Shown here in pieces: positions 47,553-56,676 of a stretch of 64,000 bases of DNA. The notes beneath the pieces are model-generated. The model did no database searches and was not told the DNA's origin. It saw nothing but the letters and a program-made list of their open reading frames with translations. Origin of the DNA: an uncultured Pirellulales bacterium (GTDB taxonomy: Bacteria > Planctomycetota > Phycisphaerae > Sedimentisphaerales > SM23-30); NCBI GenBank assembly GCA_964580995.1, contig CAZOMV010000018.1:55-64054 (forward strand), in the 5' to 3' direction. A program made the translations under genes and the position numbers. How positions within the stretch are numbered: position 1 is the stretch's first letter; each line of letters starts with the position of its first letter.

Positions 47553-49565
47553 GTGATTTGGAGCAAATCGGGATATGGGAGTGTTGTTGTTTTTTTATTT
47601 TTGGTGAGTGGTTCTTGTTGGGCGGTGGAGCCGGGGGCGGAGGAGATGGCGGGGAGTAAGGCCTGGTTTGAGGAGTATTTGGGGGCGGAGGCTACAGGCG
47701 TTCCGTTTTCGTTTGTATATGAGGGGAAAGCCTCTTCGGAGATTCTGGCCGGCTGGAAAAGGGAGTTTGGCGGGCAGGAATTGGCGGGCGGGCGGCGAGC
47801 GAGTACGGTGAGCTGGACGGAACCCAAGTCGGGGCTGGTGGTTCGCTGTGAGGCGATATGGTATCCGGATTTTCCGACGGTGGAGTGGGTTCTGTATTTC
47901 AAGAACGGCGGGGGCAGCGATACGGCGCTACTCGAGAAGATTCAGCCGCTGGATCTATCTTTACCGGCGAAGGCAGAAGGGGATTTTGTGCTGCGTTATA
48001 ACCGGGGCAGCGGGTGCGGGGCGAATGATTTTGAGCCGAAGGAAGTGTTATTGAGCAAAGGGGTGGAGGCCCGGCTTGCCGCGGAGACAGGTTTTTCGAC
48101 CGGCAGTATGGCCATGCCGTATTTCAATCTGAAGGGTCCTGAGGAAGGCAAGGTGATTGCGCTGGGGTGGCCGGGACAGTGGGCGGCGGGATTTACGCGG
48201 GGAGCGGAGGGTGGTTTGCATATCCAGGGAGGACAGGAATTGACGCATTTTCGGCTGCGACCCGGAGAAGAGGTTCGCAGTCCGCAGGTGGTGATGGAAT
48301 GGTACCGGGGGGACTGGATACGGGGACAGAATATATGGCGGCGGTGGATGCGGGCGCACAATGAGCCGCGGCCGGGCGGGCAGGCCCTGAAGCCGGTGCT
48401 TTCGGCCTGTTGTGCAACGGTGCTGGGTTTTACCGGGATGACGGAAGAGAAGCAATATGAATATTTGAATCGGTATCTGGAGGAAAAGATGCCGCTGGAC
48501 CGCTGGTGGATTGATGCCGGGTGGTTTCCGGTGCCGGAAGGGGCGCCGTGGTGGAACTATGGGACGTGGACGCCCGACCCGGTGCGGTTTCCCAATGGCA
48601 TGAAACCGGTTATGGATTATGCGCATGCGAAAGGCTTGCAGACGGTGCTGTGGTTTTGTACGGAGACGGTGCGGCCGGGGACCTGGCTGGAGCAGAATCA
48701 TCCGCAGTGGCTGGTGCCGCAGTTGGAGTATGGGCAGCGTTCGCTTTTGAATCTGGCGAATCCGGAGGCGCATCAATGGGCGGTGGAGCATATCAATCGC
48801 AGTATCGATGAATACGGCGTGGATGTGTATCGCCATGACAACGAGATCGGGGCGTTGCCGCTGTGGTGGAGCCAGGACGCAGAGGACCGGCAGGGGATTA
48901 CCGAGATTCAGTATGTGACGAATTTTCTGTCGCTGTATGATGAGATATTGCGGCGGCATCCGAAGATGCTGATCGACAACTGCTGTGCGGGCGGGCGGCG
49001 GAACGATGTGGCGACGCTGCGACGGTCGGTGCCGTTGTGGCGGAGCGATGTTTGGGGAGCGCCGACGCCGATGCAGTCGATGACGTATGGGCTGGCGATG
49101 TGGATTCCCTATTTCGGGCATATGACCGGGTATTTTGATCCTTATACGTTCCGCAGTAATATGTACCCCAGCGGCATAATGGATTTTGATGTGCTCAATC
49201 GAAACCAGAATTACGATTTGCTCCGGAAGCTGCTGGGCCAGTGGCGGATGGTGGCGGATAATTTTCTGGGGGATTATTATCCGCTGACGCCCTACAGCCT
49301 GGAGGAGACGGTGTGGATGGCGTGGCAGTTTGACCGGCCGGAGGCGGGGGAGGGGATGGTGCAGGTTTTCCGGCGGCCGGGGAACGATATTTTCGGCCGG
49401 AATATCAAATTGCAGGGACTGAAACCGGAGGCCAGCTATACGCTGAAAGATATGGATCGGGAGGATAGCTGGACGGCCAGCGGGAAGGAGCTGATGGAGA
49501 AGGGGATTCATCTGGTGATCGAGCAGCAGCCGGCGGCGGTAATTATTACGTATAAAGCATTATGA
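47553..49565 (+). CDS. secreted clan GH-D (GH36-like) hydrolase, paralog of 11847-14552
   Basis: AAAGGAG RBS 6 nt before the GTG at 47553. Signal-like VVVFLFLVSGSCWA. RWWIDAGWF, LWFCTETV, YRHDNE and DNCCAGGRRND motifs colinear with the first paralog. Confidence 0.75.
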   Translation: MIWSKSGYGSVVVFLFLVSGSCWAVEPGAEEMAGSKAWFEEYLGAEATGVPFSFVYEGKASSEILAGWKREFGGQELAGGRRASTVSWTEPKSGLVVRCEAIWYPDFPTVEWVLYFKNGGGSDTALLEKIQPLDLSLPAKAEGDFVLRYNRGSGCGANDFEPKEVLLSKGVEARLAAETGFSTGSMAMPYFNLKGPEEGKVIALGWPGQWAAGFTRGAEGGLHIQGGQELTHFRLRPGEEVRSPQVVMEWYRGDWIRGQNIWRRWMRAHNEPRPGGQALKPVLSACCATVLGFTGMTEEKQYEYLNRYLEEKMPLDRWWIDAGWFPVPEGAPWWNYGTWTPDPVRFPNGMKPVMDYAHAKGLQTVLWFCTETVRPGTWLEQNHPQWLVPQLEYGQRSLLNLANPEAHQWAVEHINRSIDEYGVDVYRHDNEIGALPLWWSQDAEDRQGITEIQYVTNFLSLYDEILRRHPKMLIDNCCAGGRRNDVATLRRSVPLWRSDVWGAPTPMQSMTYGLAMWIPYFGHMTGYFDPYTFRSNMYPSGIMDFDVLNRNQNYDLLRKLLGQWRMVADNFLGDYYPLTPYSLEETVWMAWQFDRPEAGEGMVQVFRRPGNDIFGRNIKLQGLKPEASYTLKDMDREDSWTASGKELMEKGIHLVIEQQPAAVIITYKAL

Positions 49566-49591
49566 TTTTTACGGATGGGAAAGGAGCATTT

Positions 49592-50881
49592 ATGCAGCGG
49601 CGAGAGTTTCTGAAGATGGCGGCGCTGGGGGCGGGGACGGTATGGTGCGGAGGAGTGGACGGCGGCCGGACGCAAGCGGCGGAAGCCTCGCTGCCGGGGA
49701 TTCGGAAGATCACCCGGCCGCTGGCGATTGCGATGTGGGATTTCAGTTGGCTGCTGCGTCATCATCCAGCGGGGGAATTTGAGGATTGGGATCGGGTGCT
49801 GGATGGCCTGGCGGAGCGGGGGTATAACGCCATACGCATGGATGCCTTTCCGCACCTGGTGGCGGCCGGCCCCGATGGGAAGGTGACGGAGGAATATTAT
49901 TATCCGAAAGGGGACTGGGTGCCGGCCATGTGGGGGAATACCTATACCATGTATGCCCGGCCGCGGGAGGGGCTGCTGGAGTTTCTGCCGAAGTGCCGGG
50001 CGCGGAACATCCGGGTGGGGCTGGCCACCTGGTTTATGGCGTATGCGGATCCAATACAGGGACTGGATGGTTTGGTGCGGGTGTGGGATGAGACGCTGGA
50101 GCTGCTGCGGCAGAATGATTTGCTGGATAATGTTTTGTATGTGGATGTGCTGAATGAATATCCGATGTTTCACGGGTTCAACTGGCTGCACCAGAAACTG
50201 AAGGAAGTCGGAGAAGCGCCGGCGGAACCCGGCGATGCGCAGGAGAAAGAAACGGCCCCGGCCTATCAGTGGCAGGCGGACCGGCAATACAATCCGGCCC
50301 AGCGAAAGTATTACAACCAATTTATCACGGAGGCCCTGCAGAGGCTCTCGCAGAAGTGGCCGGGCCTGGATTTTTTTGCCTCGCAGACGTACAATTATGG
50401 TGTGCCCTGGCAGGATATGGATTACAGCCGGTTTGCGGCACTGGATGTGCATTACTGGTTCATGCTGCACGAGAAACTCAACGGCGGGACCGGCTACTGG
50501 GACATCCATAACATTAGCGGCTGTCCCAACGATCAGGGATTTTATCAAATCCAGAGGAAAGTTCAGGAAAACTGGCAGGCAAATCAGGCGGAACTGATCC
50601 AGTGGATGGAAGGCAATATACAGGCGGTGGCGGAAACCGGAAAAAAATGGAATATCCCCTACGGCAATACGGAAGGCTGGGGGCCGATCAACTGGATGGA
50701 TCATCCCGCGCTGAGCTGGGATCTGGTGAAAGAGACCGGTGAAATTTGCGCCCGGCTGGGAGCCAAATATGGTTATATGTTTAACTGCTCGTCAAATTTT
50801 ACCCATCCGCAGTTTCCGCGGTTGTGGAACGATGTGAAATGGCATCAGAAGGTGACCTCGATTATCCGGGGAGAGCCATGA
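49592..50881 (+). CDS. Tat-signal glycoside hydrolase, clan GH-A (cellulase-like)
   Basis: AAAGGAG RBS. MQRREFLKMAALGAG twin-Arg signal. VDVLNEYP (acid/base NE) and GNTEGWGP (nucleophile E) candidates. Confidence 0.6.
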   Translation: MQRREFLKMAALGAGTVWCGGVDGGRTQAAEASLPGIRKITRPLAIAMWDFSWLLRHHPAGEFEDWDRVLDGLAERGYNAIRMDAFPHLVAAGPDGKVTEEYYYPKGDWVPAMWGNTYTMYARPREGLLEFLPKCRARNIRVGLATWFMAYADPIQGLDGLVRVWDETLELLRQNDLLDNVLYVDVLNEYPMFHGFNWLHQKLKEVGEAPAEPGDAQEKETAPAYQWQADRQYNPAQRKYYNQFITEALQRLSQKWPGLDFFASQTYNYGVPWQDMDYSRFAALDVHYWFMLHEKLNGGTGYWDIHNISGCPNDQGFYQIQRKVQENWQANQAELIQWMEGNIQAVAETGKKWNIPYGNTEGWGPINWMDHPALSWDLVKETGEICARLGAKYGYMFNCSSNFTHPQFPRLWNDVKWHQKVTSIIRGEP

Positions 50882-51357
50882 TTTTTTGGAAGATAGGGAA
50901 ACTGGCGGCGGCGGTGGGGGTTTGTCTGGCGGTGGGTTATGCGGGTTCGTTTGCGACGCGGGAGGCGATGGGAGGTTGGTACGCGGGGCTGGCGAAGCCG
51001 GTGTTTACGCCGCCGGGGTGGGTGTTTGGGGCGGTGTGGACGGTGCTGTATGGGATGATGGGGGCGGCGGCGTTCCTGGTATGGGAGCGGGGGGTGAGGA
51101 ACCGGGAGGTGCGGATTGGGCTGGAGCTGTTTGTGTTGCGGTTGGTTTTGAATGCGTTGTGGACGCCGCTGTTTTTCCGGATGCACTGGGTGGGGACGGC
51201 GCTGGTGGAGATTGTGGTGCTGTGGGCGGTGCTTTGGGTGACGGTGCGGCAGTTTTGGCGGGTGAGGAGGGCGGCGGGGATGCTGTTGCTGCCGTATCTG
51301 GGGTGGGTGGGATTTGCTATTGCGTTAAACGGGGCGATCTGGTATTTGAATCGGTAA
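50878..51357 (+). CDS. tspO: TspO/MBR tryptophan-rich sensory protein
   Basis: GWYAGLAKPVFTPPGWVFGAVWTVLYGMMG and LNALWTPLFF motifs. ATGA overlap with the upstream hydrolase. Confidence 0.85.
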   Translation: MIFWKIGKLAAAVGVCLAVGYAGSFATREAMGGWYAGLAKPVFTPPGWVFGAVWTVLYGMMGAAAFLVWERGVRNREVRIGLELFVLRLVLNALWTPLFFRMHWVGTALVEIVVLWAVLWVTVRQFWRVRRAAGMLLLPYLGWVGFAIALNGAIWYLNR

Positions 51358-51417
51358 GATTTCCGGCGTTTACGGTAAAACTGTAGTTATGCCGGCGGTT
51401 GCATAGAGGATAAAGAT

Positions 51418-52014
51418 ATGTTTCTGAAGAATTTTTTGCTGGTGTTTGTGCCGATGTTTGTGGCGGTGGATGCGTTGGGGGTACTGCCGCTGTTTCTGGG
51501 GCTGACGGAAGGGATGGAACGGATAGACCGGCAGCGGACGATCAAGCAGGCGGTGTTGACGGCGCTGGGGGTGGCGGTGGGTTTTGTGTTTCTGGGGAAG
51601 AATGTCTTTCGGCTGATGGGAATTACGGTGGAAGATTTTATGGTGGCGGGGGGGGTGCTGCTGTTTGTTATTGCGATGATGGATTTGGTAAGCGGAGCGA
51701 AGATGGCCCGGAAAGTGGAAACCATTGGAGCAGTGCCGCTGGGGGTGCCGCTGATGGTGGGGCCGGCGGTGCTGACGACGGGCTTGATGCTGGTGGGTGT
51801 TCATGGAATCCCAGCCACATTTTTAGCGATGACGGTGAATATTCTGATAGCAGGGGTGGTGTTTATGACGGCAGACTTCTGGATGCGGATTCTGGGGCCA
51901 GCCGGTTCTCAGGCGGTATCGAAGGTGGCCAGTCTGCTGCTGGCGGCGATTGCGGTGATGATGATTCGCCGGGGGCTGGTCATCATTATTACCGGGGTGG
52001 AATTGCCGGGCTGA
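51418..52014 (+). CDS. MarC/UPF0056 family membrane protein
   Basis: FVPMFVAVDALGVLPLFLGLTEG N-terminus typical of MarC; 6 TM. Confidence 0.8.
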   Translation: MFLKNFLLVFVPMFVAVDALGVLPLFLGLTEGMERIDRQRTIKQAVLTALGVAVGFVFLGKNVFRLMGITVEDFMVAGGVLLFVIAMMDLVSGAKMARKVETIGAVPLGVPLMVGPAVLTTGLMLVGVHGIPATFLAMTVNILIAGVVFMTADFWMRILGPAGSQAVSKVASLLLAAIAVMMIRRGLVIIITGVELPG

Positions 52015-52030
52015 GAATGCAGGCTGTTTT

Positions 52031-54565
52031 TTACCGGCGGGGGTCGAGGCCCTGCCAGCTATGGGTCCAGTGGTCTTTGCCGGTGCTCTCGACGATGATT
52101 TTGTCCTCCTGACGGGTGCACTGGAGGGGGAGGTTGTTTTCGTCGCGGAGGTAGCGCTCGGGCATGAAGCCGGTTTGGACGAGGGTTTCCAGGGAATCGG
52201 GGAGGGTTCCGTAGGCCAGGCGGTAGGCATACACGGCCCGGCCGATGCCCAGGCGGATGAAGTGGGCTTCGTGGTGGGTTTTCTCAGCGCGAGCGGCGGG
52301 GGCGGGCAGTTTCAGCAGGCGGAGGATTTCGACGCCGAGGTCGCCGGTGTGTTCCTTGTCAGCGGCGGCGCGGAAGGCGATGGTGTGGTCGCCGGTTTTG
52401 AGGTCATGGGTGCCCAGGGGGAGGTCGGCCTCTTCGGATTCTTCGGTCGTGGGTTTGCGGAAATCGGCGGCGGCGACTTTCTGGCCGTCCAGCTCGATGT
52501 CGAAGGAGCCATAGTTAGGGCCGTTGGCGGCGGTAAGGCGGACGGCGAAGGTGCCGTCTTCGGTGAGTTGGAACGGCAGGGTCAGGAGGGCGGCGGGTTT
52601 GGGGCTGGGCCAGAGGAGGATAGGCCGGGCGCCGAAGAAGCCCTGGGCCTGCACGGTTACTTTGGAGTCATCGGAGGTTTTGGCCTGGAGGTAGGTTTTG
52701 ACCAGGTGGTGATGCTGCCAGGGAACACGGCGGGAGTACCAGTCGGGCAGGGGCGGGAAGGAGTCTTTGGGTTGGCCGGTTTGGTACCAGAAAGCGACGC
52801 TGCTGAGGAAGTCGGGGCGTTCGAGGAAGAAGCCTTCGATGGCGTCATCGAGGTTGCCCATGTGTTCGATGGCGACCTGCAGGGACTGGGAGAAATGAAC
52901 GGGATCGAGGTAATGCCAGCGGTAGGCGGCTCCGCCGTCGCCGGCGGAGTAGTCCTGCCAGCGGGGCTGGCCGAACCAGAGGCTGGCGCGGGGTCGGAAG
53001 CCCCAGGCGTCGTTGAAGTAGTCTTCGCTGCCGGTTCCCTGTAAGCTGGGGACGGTTTCGCCGTCGATGTAGAAGAAGTCGTCGCCTTCGCCGAACCAGC
53101 CGTTCTGGGCGAGGGTGACGGACAGGACGGTTCCGACATAGTAGCCGCTGCCCTGGAGGTCGGCCAGGAGGTAGTCGCGGCCGGGAACGGCGGGATATTC
53201 CTGGCGATAGCGGGCGTAGAAGTAGGGGATGTCGGGGGAGAGGTCGGGGAGCTGCATCCAGTCCACCTGCCAGTAGAGGCCGGTGGAGCGGTCGGGGTTG
53301 TCATTGGTGACGACGATGCGGGCGGACTGGCGGAAGGGCATGCGCCAGTAGCAGGTGAGCGAGCCGGTGGGTGAGACCTGGACGGGGATGCTGTTGACGA
53401 CGGCGGGTTGGCCGTGGCCGACGGCGAAGAAGTCGCCGACGGGGACTTCGACACCGGGCTGGGGGTCGTTGTCGTAGTAGATGCGGAGGGTGAGGGCGTT
53501 CAGTTCGCCGACCCAGCCGGCGTGGCTGGTGAACCAGATGTGGGTGATGACGCCGGGGCCTTCGAGGACGGGCATGTTGACGGATTCGCCGGGCATGAGC
53601 CAGGTCATGTCGAGGTTTTCGGAGTGCCAGTCGGGCTGCTGGTTGCTGGAGACGCGGCGATTGCGGCCCTGGGGGAAGAAACCCAGGGGGCCGAGGATTT
53701 CGGTCAGCGAGGAAGAGAGGGAGGTATTGTTTTTGGGATTGTCATTTTTGGGGTAATCGATCCATACGGCGTCGTTCATGTAGGCGCGGGCGTATTCGTA
53801 GGGCATATAGCCGTCGCGGCCGCCGTAATTGGTGTTGCGGAAGAGGAAGAGTCCGCCGCCCGGCTGGGCGGGGTCGTCCTGGTAGCCGACCAGCAGGACG
53901 CTGTGGCCGTCGAAGACGCCTTCCGGGGGGGCCATTTGCAGGACATTGTCTTTCCAGGCTTCTTGGGTGGGCCAGCGGAAGCCGCCGCAGACGGGCCGGT
54001 TGCGGTTGAGTATCTGTTTGATTTTCAGGAACTGATCGTCGGTGAGTCCGGTATTGCGGTTCCAGTCTTTAATCCAAAGGAATTTGAAATTCTGCTGGAG
54101 GATTTTTTGGGCGCTGTCCAGGGCGGCCAGAGGGGGTTTTCGATCGGGATCGTATTTAGTTTGATAGGGCAGGTCCGTTTCGGGGCAGATGCCGAATTTC
54201 TGGTAGCCGGTGTAGAGATCGTGGAAGAAGGCGCCGTCCCGGCTGATGCCGAGGGTTTCGTTGGAGGCCCAGTTGAGGAATTCGACGCTGAGGCGGGGGG
54301 TGCTGCCGGTTTGGTCGGCCAGGGCATATTCCAGGGCGCAGGTGATGACAAAAACCGAGCAGGTATCGCGGCCGCCCTGGACGCGGGGGGTAAGGTGCCA
54401 TTTTTCGAAGTTGGGGCGGAGGTCGATGCTGGGGAGCAGGGGGGTGGGATTTTCGTCAGGGTTCAATAAGGGTTCGGCCCGGAGGGGGGTGGAAAGAAAG
54501 AATACGGCTGCGAAGATCAGAGAGCCGAGCAGGGCCAGAACCGAAGGGGAATCATAGTTACACAT
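52031..54565 (-). CDS. secreted fusion: papain-like (C1) cysteine peptidase domain + DUF2961/GH172-like domain + C-terminal region
   Basis: The N-terminal domain has QGGRDTCSVF (Q/C), DGHSVLLVGY (H) and FRNTNYG. The middle has PVLEGPGVITHIWFTSH, typical of DUF2961. 844 aa with a signal peptide. Confidence 0.65.
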   Translation of the reverse strand: MCNYDSPSVLALLGSLIFAAVFFLSTPLRAEPLLNPDENPTPLLPSIDLRPNFEKWHLTPRVQGGRDTCSVFVITCALEYALADQTGSTPRLSVEFLNWASNETLGISRDGAFFHDLYTGYQKFGICPETDLPYQTKYDPDRKPPLAALDSAQKILQQNFKFLWIKDWNRNTGLTDDQFLKIKQILNRNRPVCGGFRWPTQEAWKDNVLQMAPPEGVFDGHSVLLVGYQDDPAQPGGGLFLFRNTNYGGRDGYMPYEYARAYMNDAVWIDYPKNDNPKNNTSLSSSLTEILGPLGFFPQGRNRRVSSNQQPDWHSENLDMTWLMPGESVNMPVLEGPGVITHIWFTSHAGWVGELNALTLRIYYDNDPQPGVEVPVGDFFAVGHGQPAVVNSIPVQVSPTGSLTCYWRMPFRQSARIVVTNDNPDRSTGLYWQVDWMQLPDLSPDIPYFYARYRQEYPAVPGRDYLLADLQGSGYYVGTVLSVTLAQNGWFGEGDDFFYIDGETVPSLQGTGSEDYFNDAWGFRPRASLWFGQPRWQDYSAGDGGAAYRWHYLDPVHFSQSLQVAIEHMGNLDDAIEGFFLERPDFLSSVAFWYQTGQPKDSFPPLPDWYSRRVPWQHHHLVKTYLQAKTSDDSKVTVQAQGFFGARPILLWPSPKPAALLTLPFQLTEDGTFAVRLTAANGPNYGSFDIELDGQKVAAADFRKPTTEESEEADLPLGTHDLKTGDHTIAFRAAADKEHTGDLGVEILRLLKLPAPAARAEKTHHEAHFIRLGIGRAVYAYRLAYGTLPDSLETLVQTGFMPERYLRDENNLPLQCTRQEDKIIVESTGKDHWTHSWQGLDPRR

Positions 54566-54750
54566 GCAGAAGTCCTCATTTTATGTTGTTGGGAAGCCGC
54601 TGGGGCATTTTAGCCGTTCGACTCCGGTGGTATTGGCTTTACCAGCCGACGGGGTATTATAGCATGAGGAAAAGGGGGTGGCAAAAGTTTTATTGGCACG
54701 AATCCAGAAAAAACGGCGGGGGGGGTATGAGGGGGAGTCTGGGGGGGAAG

Positions 54751-54783
54751 GAAGAGCACGGCTGACACAGCAGTGGCACAATT
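54751..54783 (+). repeat. dispersed hairpin repeat copy (GAAGAG-CACGGCTG-ACA-CAGCAGTG-GCACAATTA)
   Basis: Same flanks as the other copies. The stem sequence differs but is still self-complementary. Confidence 0.6.
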
Positions 54784-54936
54784 ATATGAATATGTGAACC
54801 GTGTGTGCAACCATTTGCCCATCCTGGAAGAACACCTCTCCACCTGCGGAGGAAAGATGGGGCCGAGAAGCTCCTTTAACGGCGTGAGGTTGGAATGTTA
54901 GATAACGCTTCTGCTGGTCGCTGCCTAGTCCGAGAA

Positions 54937-54962
54937 ACGGGTGGGCCGGGCGGCCCACCCGT
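54937..54962 (-). terminator. strong GC hairpin, possible terminator downstream of the HU gene
   Basis: ACGGGTGGGCC-GGGC-GGCCCACCCGT: 11-bp perfect stem. On the minus strand it is followed by TTCTC only (weak U-tract). Confidence 0.35.
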
Positions 54963-55081
54963 GAATCCAGCATACCGATTGCAGCAATCGGCGATAATGC
55001 TGTTTGAGCTTCCGTTGGGTTCGTTTGCTTAGGCTGGGGGCATGACGGGCAAAATGGCCCCGTGATGATGCCGGCAGCCGG

Positions 55082-55399
55082 TTATTTCACCATGTCTTTG
55101 AGGGCTTTGAGGGGCCGGACCTTGATGAGTTTGCGAGCGGGTTTGGCGGCAAAGACCTGCTCCTGCTTGGTGAAGGGATTAATGCCCTTGCGTTTGGGGG
55201 TGGCCGGCTTCTGAATGACTATGATCTTCATCAGGCCCGGCAAGGCAAAGACGCCCGGGCCTTTCTTGCCCACGGCCGCTTTGATCTGGTCGGAAAGGGC
55301 ATCGAACACCGCTGACACCTGCTTGCGGGAAAGCTCCGTGGCCTCGGCAATATTAGATAGAATTTCACTTTTCGTAACGGGTTTGGCACTCTTTGCCAT
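55082..55399 (-). CDS. HU family DNA-binding protein
   Basis: 105 aa. KSEILSNIAEATELSRKQVSAVFDAL and the GINPFTKQEQVFAAKPARK arm region. Confidence 0.9.
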   Translation of the reverse strand: MAKSAKPVTKSEILSNIAEATELSRKQVSAVFDALSDQIKAAVGKKGPGVFALPGLMKIIVIQKPATPKRKGINPFTKQEQVFAAKPARKLIKVRPLKALKDMVK

Positions 55400-55620
55400 A
55401 CTGCTGCTCCTTAATAAAGGGAAAACGACATTTTCCCGATGATTTCTCGCTGATGACCGTCACCAGCGATTTTCCTGATTTTATCTTGTTATGAAATTTA
55501 GGCAAACTAATTCTCCTTCTTTGAATTAGCGGTAAGACGCGGCGAGCCGGATGAAGGGGAACCAGGCTAGCCGCAGCAAAATACTCGATTATTTATGGTA
55601 ATGACGGAGGAATTCGGGTT

Positions 55621-56637
55621 TTACTGCGGGACGAATTCGTTGCCGATTTTGCGGGCGCGCTGGGGTTTGTCGAGGTTGATGCCCAGGGCCAGGCCGATTT
55701 CGACCAGGAGGTTCCAGCCGGCGCAGAGGAAGACGTAGGGATTGAGGTCGCCGGCGTCCGGAACGAGGATGGTGGGGAAGCGAGTGGGCCGGGCGGCCAG
55801 GGCCACAACTTTCAGGCCGACGCCCTTTTCGAGAACCTCGTGGAACTTTTCCATTTCCTCTTCGATGGGGTCGATGACGAAGACCACGTCCTCCGGGTCC
55901 ATGACTTCCTCGATGCCGTGGACGGCATAGGTGCCTTCGAGAAAGTCGGACTTGCGGCGGGTGATTTCGTTGGTTTTCAGGGTGAGTTCCTCGGCTACGC
56001 CGTCGTTGTAGCCGGCGAAGTAGATGGTGCGGGCGTTCAGGGCGTATTTGACGATGGCTGGGTCGATGGGCAGGGTGAGGGCGGTTTCCAGCATTTTAGA
56101 GAGTTTGCCGCAATCGACGTTCTGGATTTTGCCGGCGAGGTGGCGGATGATGGATTCGTAGAAGAGTCCCTGTTCGACGACGCTCTTGGTGGCGGCGACG
56201 GCCTGTTCCCAGCCGCAGCGGAGGACGAAGGTCCGGGCGCAGGCTTCCTCGAGAAGGGTTTTCTCATTGGCGGTCAGGCCGTAGCGATGTTGATTGTTCA
56301 GGGCGGCGAGTTTTTTGGCCAGCAGAACCACTTCCTTGGTGCGGCCGGAGTTGGAGGCGCAGAAGACGGCGTACTTCGTCAGGTCGTATTGGGCGGCCTG
56401 CCGCGAGCCGTCGGTGGCAACCGCCAGATTCAGGCCCCAGGTGAGGGTTTTGCGGATGGCGTTTTTGGCGGGGAAGATGCGGCTGGAGCCTTCGCCGGAG
56501 AAGAATAGCTTGCCGACGGATTTGATTTCCGGGGCCAGCGACTGGGCCTGGTTAAGGTCGAAATTTTTCACGATGTCAATGGTGTCCATCATTTCGCGGA
56601 CGAGGGCATGTTTGTTATATTTTTCCTGACGATTCAT
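55621..56637 (-). CDS. SIS domain sugar-phosphate isomerase/deaminase-like protein
   Basis: 338 aa with two SIS-like halves (FFSGEGSSRIF..., IYFAGYNDG...), like GlmS-C/AgaS. Confidence 0.7.
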   Translation of the reverse strand: MNRQEKYNKHALVREMMDTIDIVKNFDLNQAQSLAPEIKSVGKLFFSGEGSSRIFPAKNAIRKTLTWGLNLAVATDGSRQAAQYDLTKYAVFCASNSGRTKEVVLLAKKLAALNNQHRYGLTANEKTLLEEACARTFVLRCGWEQAVAATKSVVEQGLFYESIIRHLAGKIQNVDCGKLSKMLETALTLPIDPAIVKYALNARTIYFAGYNDGVAEELTLKTNEITRRKSDFLEGTYAVHGIEEVMDPEDVVFVIDPIEEEMEKFHEVLEKGVGLKVVALAARPTRFPTILVPDAGDLNPYVFLCAGWNLLVEIGLALGINLDKPQRARKIGNEFVPQ

Positions 56638-56676
56638 AGGATTCTCCTTTATTAAAGGTTTTTGGTTTTGATGATT

